Part shown: in pieces, positions 58,357 through 64,000 of the stretch | Numbering within the stretch: position 1 is the stretch's first letter | Layout of the letters: every line of letters begins with the position of its first letter | NCBI GenBank assembly: GCA_964642795.1 | Contig: CAZXRQ010000001.1 | Span: 3,288-67,287, forward strand | Reading direction: 5' to 3' | DNA: 64,000 nucleotides | From: an uncultured Oscillospiraceae bacterium | GTDB taxonomy: Bacteria > Bacillota > Clostridia > Christensenellales > CAG-138 | Notes under the pieces: model-generated | The model's input: the letters and a program-made list of their open reading frames with translations, nothing else | Told to the model about the DNA's origin: nothing | Database searches by the model: none | Position numbers and translations under genes: made by a program

Positions 58357-58854
58357 GTGATAATTTTAGGCATAGATCCGGGTTACGCCATACTCGGTTA
58401 CGGCGTTATCGAATCAGACGGTGTACATATGCGCGCGTTGGACTGCGGCGTTATTCAAACCGATAAGAGCATACCGTTCCCGCAACGGCTGGACAGGCTG
58501 TATTCGGGTATGCGAGAGCTGGCAGGGTTATACCGCCCGGATCATATCGCGTTTGAGGAGCTGTTTTTCGCCCGCAATACAAAAACCGCTATACAGGTGG
58601 GCGCCGGGCGCGGCGTGGCGCTGCTTGCGGCACAGCAGAGCGGTAAGCCGCTGTATGAGTATACCCCCATGCAGATCAAGCTGGCGGTGACCGGCAACGG
58701 CCATGCGGACAAGCTGCAAGTACAGCAGATGGTAAAGCTGCTGCTGAACCTGCGCGACATACCTAAGCCCGACGATGCGGCGGATGCTTTGGGCGTGGCT
58801 ATCTGTCATGGAAACACCTCCGGACCTGCCGCTGAGGAGTTTCGCATCAAATAG
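58357..58854 (+). CDS. ruvC: Holliday junction resolvase RuvC
   Basis: GGAGGA RBS lies 6 nt before GTG 58357. VIILGIDPGYAILGYG, FEELFF and DAADALGVAICH are canonical RuvC acidic-residue contexts. Confidence 0.9.
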   Translation: MIILGIDPGYAILGYGVIESDGVHMRALDCGVIQTDKSIPFPQRLDRLYSGMRELAGLYRPDHIAFEELFFARNTKTAIQVGAGRGVALLAAQQSGKPLYEYTPMQIKLAVTGNGHADKLQVQQMVKLLLNLRDIPKPDDAADALGVAICHGNTSGPAAEEFRIK

Positions 58855-58875
58855 TGATTGTGGGGTGCATTAAGC

Positions 58876-59469
58876 ATGTTTGCACACATCCGGGGCATTG
58901 TGGACAATATATATGTCGACCGCGTAGTTATCGATGCGATGGGGGTTGGCTATGAGCTGCTCTGCAGCGCCGCTACGCTGAAAAAGCTGCGCGCTGGAGC
59001 GGAAGCAAAGCTGATAACGCATTTTCATATAGCACAGGATTCCGTTGCATTGTACGGCTTCTATGATATTGATGAACGCACTATGTTCAGACGGCTGATA
59101 TCCGTTACACGCGTAGGCCCCAAGGTCGCGCTTGCGGTGTTGGGCGCGCTGAGTGTGCAGGATATAGCTGCGGCGATAGTCACGCAAAACTCGGCGGCGT
59201 TTGCCGGGATACCCGGCTTGGGCGCAAAGACCGCCGCACGCCTGCTGCTTGAATTGAAGGAGCAGATCGGCACCGATGAAATGGTGAGCGCGGGCCTGCC
59301 GGACAGCGCGGGTACAGCGCTGGATATGCGCACGGAGGCCATAGCCGCGCTGGTGGCGCTGGGATATGACGGAGTGACCGCAGGGCGCGCCGTGGCCAAC
59401 GCGCCGGAGTGCGGCAGGGTAGAGGATATGATAACGCTTGCGCTGCGCGAGCTTGCCAGAAAGGGATAA
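58876..59469 (+). CDS. ruvA: Holliday junction branch migration protein RuvA
   Basis: MFAHIRGIV...GVGYEL OB-fold start. HhH region with GVGPKVALAVL and IPGLGAKTAARL. Confidence 0.92.
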   Translation: MFAHIRGIVDNIYVDRVVIDAMGVGYELLCSAATLKKLRAGAEAKLITHFHIAQDSVALYGFYDIDERTMFRRLISVTRVGPKVALAVLGALSVQDIAAAIVTQNSAAFAGIPGLGAKTAARLLLELKEQIGTDEMVSAGLPDSAGTALDMRTEAIAALVALGYDGVTAGRAVANAPECGRVEDMITLALRELARKG

Positions 59470-59472
59470 CGC

Positions 59473-60507
59473 ATGGAAGGCGAAAGGATAATCACATCCT
59501 CGCTCATGAATGAGGATGAGCAGATCGAATACAGCCTGCGCCCGCGTTTCCTTAGCGAGTACATAGGCCAGCATAACGTTAAGGAACACATGCGCATATA
59601 TATCGAGGCCGCAAAGAAGCGGGGCGAGCCGCTGGATCATGCGCTGCTTTTCGGCCCGCCGGGACTGGGTAAGACGACGCTTGCGGCGATAATCGCAAAC
59701 GAGCTGGGAAGCGCCCTGCGCGTTACCAGCGGCCCTGCCATCAGCCATGCGGGCGATCTAGCCGCGCTGCTTACCAACCTCGCTGCGGGCGACGTGCTGT
59801 TTATAGACGAGATTCACCGTCTTAACCCGAAGGTGGAGGAGGTACTGTACCCCGCCATGGAGGATTTTGCGCTGGATATAATCATCGGCAAGGGGCCCAG
59901 CGCACATTCTATACGCTTGGATCTTCCGCGCTTTACTTTGGTAGGCGCTACCACCCGTATGGGGCTGCTGACCTCTCCGCTCAGGGATAGGTTCGGTATA
60001 AAGGAGCAGCTGGAGCTTTATGCGCCGGAGGATCTGTGCGCGATAATCGACCGCAGCGCCGACATACTCGGCATACAGATAGACCATGACGGTGCGGTGG
60101 AGATAGCTTCGCGTTCACGCGGAACTCCGCGAATAGTCAATCGCCTGCTCAAACGGGTGCGTGATTATGCGCAGGTGCGCGGAAATGGCGTTATAGATCT
60201 GCCTACTGCGCGCGACGGGCTGGATATGCTAGCGATAGACGAGCTTGGCTTGGATGCGGTGGACAGGCGTATGCTTATCACCATGATAGAAAAGTTTTCC
60301 GGCCGCCCTGTGGGGCTGGATACCATAGCCGCCGCTACGGGCGACGACGCAAGCACCATAGAGGATGTGTACGAGCCGTATTTGTTGCAGCTGGGACTGA
60401 TAGCGAGGACGCCGCGTGGGCGCATAGTGCTGCCGGCCGGCTACCGGCACATGGGGTACGCGCCGCCGGAGAATAGCGCACAGCAGCGTATGGATATAAC
60501 GGACTGA
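59473..60507 (+). CDS. ruvB: Holliday junction DNA helicase RuvB
   Basis: [12 protein letters not shown], Walker [12 protein letters not shown], Walker [10 protein letters not shown] and RGTPRI. Confidence 0.95.
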   Translation: MEGERIITSSLMNEDEQIEYSLRPRFLSEYIGQHNVKEHMRIYIEAAKKRGEPLDHALLFGPPGLGKTTLAAIIANELGSALRVTSGPAISHAGDLAALLTNLAAGDVLFIDEIHRLNPKVEEVLYPAMEDFALDIIIGKGPSAHSIRLDLPRFTLVGATTRMGLLTSPLRDRFGIKEQLELYAPEDLCAIIDRSADILGIQIDHDGAVEIASRSRGTPRIVNRLLKRVRDYAQVRGNGVIDLPTARDGLDMLAIDELGLDAVDRRMLITMIEKFSGRPVGLDTIAAATGDDASTIEDVYEPYLLQLGLIARTPRGRIVLPAGYRHMGYAPPENSAQQRMDITD

Positions 60508-60526
60508 TTTTGATTGGAGGGATAGG

Positions 60527-61369
60527 ATGAGCAAGAAGATCCGCGAATTGCAGGAGGCGCTGGACAGGCGCGAACAGGAGCTGATAGAGAAGGGGCTGAA
60601 GATCGAGGAGCTGAGCGCAAAGAACCTCGATTATCAGCGACGTGAAAGCGAGATAGTCGAGGTGCTTACCGAAGCACAGGCTACCGCAAAGCGCATATTA
60701 ACAGAAGCGGAGGCCAAACGCGACGGCATGATCACGGAGGCGGAGGAGCGTGTTGCCGAGCATGAGCGCAGCATGAAAACCAAGCAGCTTGAAGCTCAAA
60801 AGCAGGCCGACGGTATTGTGGACGACGCCAAGCAGGAGGCCAAGCGCCTGCTCGCACAAGCGGATGCATCGCTTGCTGAGTACAAGTCAAGCGCCGATAA
60901 GCTTAAGGCTGAGATGGCTGAGGCGGCGCTGCAGGCGCAAAAACAGGCGGAGCGCTTCAAAGACTTTTTAGGCGGTGTTCAGCTCGTATCTACCGATGGC
61001 GCCGAGTATAAAAACGAGTATACAGGCATAGCCGACGCGGTGGAAGCCAATAAGGCCGGCCTGCCGGAGAGCTATGACGACCCATCGCAGCTGATGCGCA
61101 GCATATATGCCATACAGGGACGTGAGCTGCCGGACGCTGCACAGAATCCAGCGGCGGAGAAGGACGAGAATGAGAAGCCCAAGGAAGAAATCAGCCAAAC
61201 GGCCGAAAACCAGACGGATGGTTTCGAATCCGAAGCGCCGGACGGGCATGTGTGGACCGTGGACGAGGTGATCAACGCAAAAGGTGATACGGCACAGCCG
61301 GCTGCGGATGATCTGGGCGCGGATATAGACCTTGACGAGCTGATAGACGGCATGATAGGCAAGGACTGA
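60527..61369 (+). CDS. Coiled-coil protein (DivIVA-like N-terminus) with acidic C-terminal half
   Basis: The heptad-rich N-terminal ~150 aa (IRELQEALDRREQELIEKGLKIEELSAKNLDYQRRESEIVEVL) resembles DivIVA-domain proteins. The C-terminus is low-complexity and acidic. Confidence 0.5.
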   Translation: MSKKIRELQEALDRREQELIEKGLKIEELSAKNLDYQRRESEIVEVLTEAQATAKRILTEAEAKRDGMITEAEERVAEHERSMKTKQLEAQKQADGIVDDAKQEAKRLLAQADASLAEYKSSADKLKAEMAEAALQAQKQAERFKDFLGGVQLVSTDGAEYKNEYTGIADAVEANKAGLPESYDDPSQLMRSIYAIQGRELPDAAQNPAAEKDENEKPKEEISQTAENQTDGFESEAPDGHVWTVDEVINAKGDTAQPAADDLGADIDLDELIDGMIGKD

Positions 61370-61379
61370 CATCATTTGA

Positions 61380-61408
61380 TTGACAAGCCGCGGACGGTTT
61401 GGTACAAT
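61380..61408 (+). promoter_or_regulatory. Consensus sigma-A promoter for the proS leader (TTGACA-17-TGgTACAAT)
   Basis: -35 TTGACA at 61380-61385. The 17-nt spacer ends in TGg. -10 TACAAT at 61403-61408. Confidence 0.75.
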
Positions 61409-61414
61409 ACGCAG

Positions 61415-61562
61415 GTCAAAGGCGTTGATGGGGGTATCCCGCCCCTATTAGCCGCGGGGAGGAAATGCCCCGCCGCAGGAGAGCGTTAAAGCCGATAAAG
61501 ACCAAATTAAGGTGGTACCGCGATACTGTCGCCCTTATCCAAAGATAAGGGCGATTTATTTT
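61415..61562 (+). promoter_or_regulatory. T-box riboswitch leader (tRNA-Pro-responsive, terminator type)
   Basis: T-box sequence AATTAAGGTGGTACCGCG at 61505-61522. Terminator stem TCGCCCTTATC (61529-61539) pairs with GATAAGGGCGA (61544-61554), followed by TTTATTTT. It lies directly upstream of proS. Confidence 0.85.
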
Positions 61563-61576
61563 ATCAGGAGGAAGCT

Positions 61577-63022
61577 ATGGCAAAGAATAACGAAGAGTTT
61601 GTGCAGCACATCGCGTCACGCAGCGAGGATTTTCCGCAGTGGTATACCGATGTTATTCTCAAGACCGATATGGTGGACTATTCAGACGTAAAGGGCTGCA
61701 TGGTGATAAAGCCCTACGGTTACGGCGTATGGGAGCTTATACAGCAGCAAATGGACGCAATGTTCAAGGCAACGGGGCATAAGAATGCATATTTTCCGCT
61801 GTTCATACCGGAAAGCCTGCTGCTAAAGGAGGCTGAGCATGTTGAAGGCTTTGCGCCGGAGGTTGCGTGGGTCACGCAGGGGGGCAACGAGCAGCTGACT
61901 GAGCGCCTTGCCATTCGTCCTACCAGCGAAACCGTGATCGGTTCCATGTATTCGCGCTGGATCCAGTCCTATCGCGACCTGCCCGTACTTATGAACCAGT
62001 GGTGTAACGTGGTACGCTGGGAAAAGAGCACGCGTCCATTTTTACGCACCAGCGAGTTCCTCTGGCAGGAGGGCCATACCGCCCATGCCGCGTTTGACGA
62101 GGCGCAGGAGGAGACCATGCGTATGCTTGAGGTATACCGTACCTTCATGGAAAACATACTGGCTATACCTGTTATATGCGGCCAAAAGAGCGATAAGGAA
62201 AAATTTGCAGGCGCGCGTGCCACATATACGCTGGAAGCCATGATGCAGGACGGCAAGGCGCTGCAGATGGGCACGTCGCATAATTTAGGCGATAACTTTG
62301 CACGCGGATACGATATAACCTATCTGAGCAAGGAAGGTAAGCTGGAGTATTGCTTCACCACTTCGTGGGGAACGTCTACCCGTATGATCGGCGGAATGAT
62401 AATGGTGCACGGCGACGACCGCGGTCTTGTGATGCCGCCCAAGGTGGCGCCTATACAGGCCGTGATACTGCCTATCGCCATGCACAAGGAAGGCGTGCTG
62501 GAAAAAGCGAAGGAGCTGAAGTCACAGCTTGAAGCCGCCGGTATTCGCATGGAGCTGGATGCAAGCGACAACAGCGCGGGCTGGAAATTCAACCAATGGG
62601 AGATGAAGGGCGTGCCGCTGCGCATAGAGGTTGGCCCAAAGGATATAGAAAAGGGTCAGGTAGTGGTCGTGCGCCGCGATAGCCTGGAGAAACTGTTTGT
62701 GCCCATGGATGGGCTGGCGGACAGCGTAAGGAGGCTGCTTGACGAGGTCCAGCAGGGTATGTACGATAAGGCGCTGGCTCTGCGGGAGAGCAAGACTGTT
62801 AATGCAAAGACCTTTGAGGAATTTGCTTCCGGCGTACAGACGGGCTTTGTTCGTGCTATGTGGTGCGGAGAGCGCGGCTGCGAGGATGAGATAAAGGCAA
62901 AGACCGGCGCGACGACCCGCTGCGAGCCGTTCGACCAGTCGCATAAAGATGAGCTTGGCGACGTGTGCGTACATTGCGGCAAGCCGGCCAAGCGTATGAT
63001 GTATTTCGCTAAAGCGTATTGA
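61577..63022 (+). CDS. proS: Proline--tRNA ligase (archaeal/eukaryote-like form, no INS editing domain, C-terminal Zn-binding domain)
   Basis: 481 aa. FPQWYTDVI, RPTSET, FLRTSEFLWQEGHT and the C-terminal cysteines CGERGCEDE...CVHCGKPA. Confidence 0.92.
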   Translation: MAKNNEEFVQHIASRSEDFPQWYTDVILKTDMVDYSDVKGCMVIKPYGYGVWELIQQQMDAMFKATGHKNAYFPLFIPESLLLKEAEHVEGFAPEVAWVTQGGNEQLTERLAIRPTSETVIGSMYSRWIQSYRDLPVLMNQWCNVVRWEKSTRPFLRTSEFLWQEGHTAHAAFDEAQEETMRMLEVYRTFMENILAIPVICGQKSDKEKFAGARATYTLEAMMQDGKALQMGTSHNLGDNFARGYDITYLSKEGKLEYCFTTSWGTSTRMIGGMIMVHGDDRGLVMPPKVAPIQAVILPIAMHKEGVLEKAKELKSQLEAAGIRMELDASDNSAGWKFNQWEMKGVPLRIEVGPKDIEKGQVVVVRRDSLEKLFVPMDGLADSVRRLLDEVQQGMYDKALALRESKTVNAKTFEEFASGVQTGFVRAMWCGERGCEDEIKAKTGATTRCEPFDQSHKDELGDVCVHCGKPAKRMMYFAKAY

Positions 63023-63038
63023 TAATAAAGGCATGTTC

Positions 63039-63078
63039 TGCGTCCGCAGCACCGTTTGCGGGCGCAGTTTGTTATTTC
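63039..63078 (+). terminator. Intrinsic terminator after proS
   Basis: Stem CTGCGTCCGCA (63039-63049) pairs with TGCGGGCGCAG (63058-63068) with one G-U pair, followed by TTTGTTATTT. Confidence 0.75.
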
Positions 63079-63137
63079 TCGCGTTATAGGTTATAATAAA
63101 TCAATTGCAAAATGACGAGATGCAGGAGTGAACGCTT

Positions 63138-64000
63138 ATGATAGACATAGCGATAATCGGAGGAGGGCCGGCCGGATTGTCCGCGGGACTGTACGCTGCG
63201 CGCGGAGGCAGGAAGACCGTGTTGTTCGAGGCGATGTATGCCGGCGGCCAGATCACAAAGACCTCAATGGTGGAAAACTATCCCGGATTTGACGAGCCTG
63301 TGGACGGCTTTGCAATAGCATCCAAGATGGAAAGCCAGGCGGCGCGCTTCGGCTTGGAGGAGCTTTATGAGAACGTGACTGAGCTGGAGCTTGACGGCGA
63401 TGTAAAGCGCATCATATGCGGCGATAAAGCATACCAAGCGCATACCGTGATACTTTGCACGGGTGCGTCTCCAAGGAAGCTGGAGCTTCCCGATGAAGAA
63501 AGGCTTACCGGTGCGGGCGTATCCTATTGCGCTACCTGCGACGGCGCGTTTTTTCGTGATAAGCCCGTGGCTGTGGTCGGCGGTGGCGATACGGCGCTGA
63601 GCGACGCGCTGTATCTTGCGCGTTTTGCAAGCAGAGTATATCTCGTACATCGGCGGGACGAATACCGCGCTGTGGATGCATTACGGCGTGCCGTGGAAAA
63701 TGAAGCGCTGATAACCCCGGTGCTGTCCTGTGTGCCGGAGGCTATACTCGGCTCGGATACGGTAAGCGGCCTGACAGTGCGCGCAAACAAAACTGGCGAT
63801 CTGATGCAGCTTGACGTAAACGGCATTTTCGTGGCTATCGGCGTTATGCCAAATACTGGGCTGGTGGCGGGCAAGCTCGCGCTTAACGAGAACGGCTATA
63901 TAATAACCGATTCTGCTATGCGCACGGATATTGACGGTGCGTTTGCAGCAGGGGATGTAAGAAATACTCCGCTTAGGCAGGTAGTAACGGCCGCGGCGGA
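63138..64000 (+). CDS. trxB: Thioredoxin-disulfide reductase (3' end outside the window)
   Basis: Not in the ORF track because it has no stop in the window. My own translation from ATG 63138 gives MIDIAIIGGGPAGLSAGLYAARGG. The redox-active site VSYCATCDGAFF and the second dinucleotide fold VAVVGGGDTAL are present. Confidence 0.9.
   Translation, partial: MIDIAIIGGGPAGLSAGLYAARGGRKTVLFEAMYAGGQITKTSMVENYPGFDEPVDGFAIASKMESQAARFGLEELYENVTELELDGDVKRIICGDKAYQAHTVILCTGASPRKLELPDEERLTGAGVSYCATCDGAFFRDKPVAVVGGGDTALSDALYLARFASRVYLVHRRDEYRAVDALRRAVENEALITPVLSCVPEAILGSDTVSGLTVRANKTGDLMQLDVNGIFVAIGVMPNTGLVAGKLALNENGYIITDSAMRTDIDGAFAAGDVRNTPLRQVVTAAA

Overview
This is a densely packed, mostly housekeeping chromosomal segment from a GC-rich Gram-positive anaerobe. 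Gene content suggests a spore-forming Clostridia-type Firmicute: NfnAB, a YabM/SpoVB-like flippase with YabN-type MazG and HU, a BofC-like gene next to ruvCAB, and a T-box-controlled archaeal-type ProRS. This taxonomic call is inference only. I support about 62 protein-coding genes, two of them cut by the window edges (an EF-G-family gene at the 5' end, trxB at the 3' end). Many genes are translationally coupled through ATGA or 8-nt overlaps. Functional blocks:
- Cell wall: two L,D-transpeptidases, PBP1A, a lytic transglycosylase, and a PG-binding/LysM protein.
- Nucleoside salvage island: a BMP-type nucleoside ABC importer, tdk, an NDT-like gene, and pdp nearby.
- DNA repair and replication: polA, mutS2, ruvCAB.
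- Envelope stress: an OmpR-type two-component system followed by htrA.

I found no rRNA, tRNA, CRISPR array, transposase, integrase, reverse transcriptase or recognisable defence gene. I cannot point to a clear-cut new system. The best candidates are:
- A 206-bp insert between htrA and the BofC-like gene. It consists almost entirely of perfect hairpins, has inverted ends, and is bracketed by two identical 29-bp copies of the htrA terminator. It could be a MITE-like element or an unannotated structured RNA.
- A tightly coupled, uncharacterised three-gene operon: a DUF5685-like protein, a J-domain protein with a cysteine-string tail, and a polytopic membrane protein.
- tdk translationally coupled (ATGA) to a nucleoside 2-deoxyribosyltransferase-like protein, behind an internal terminator of the nucleoside importer operon.

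All product calls rest on motif recognition by eye in the supplied translations. No database search was possible.
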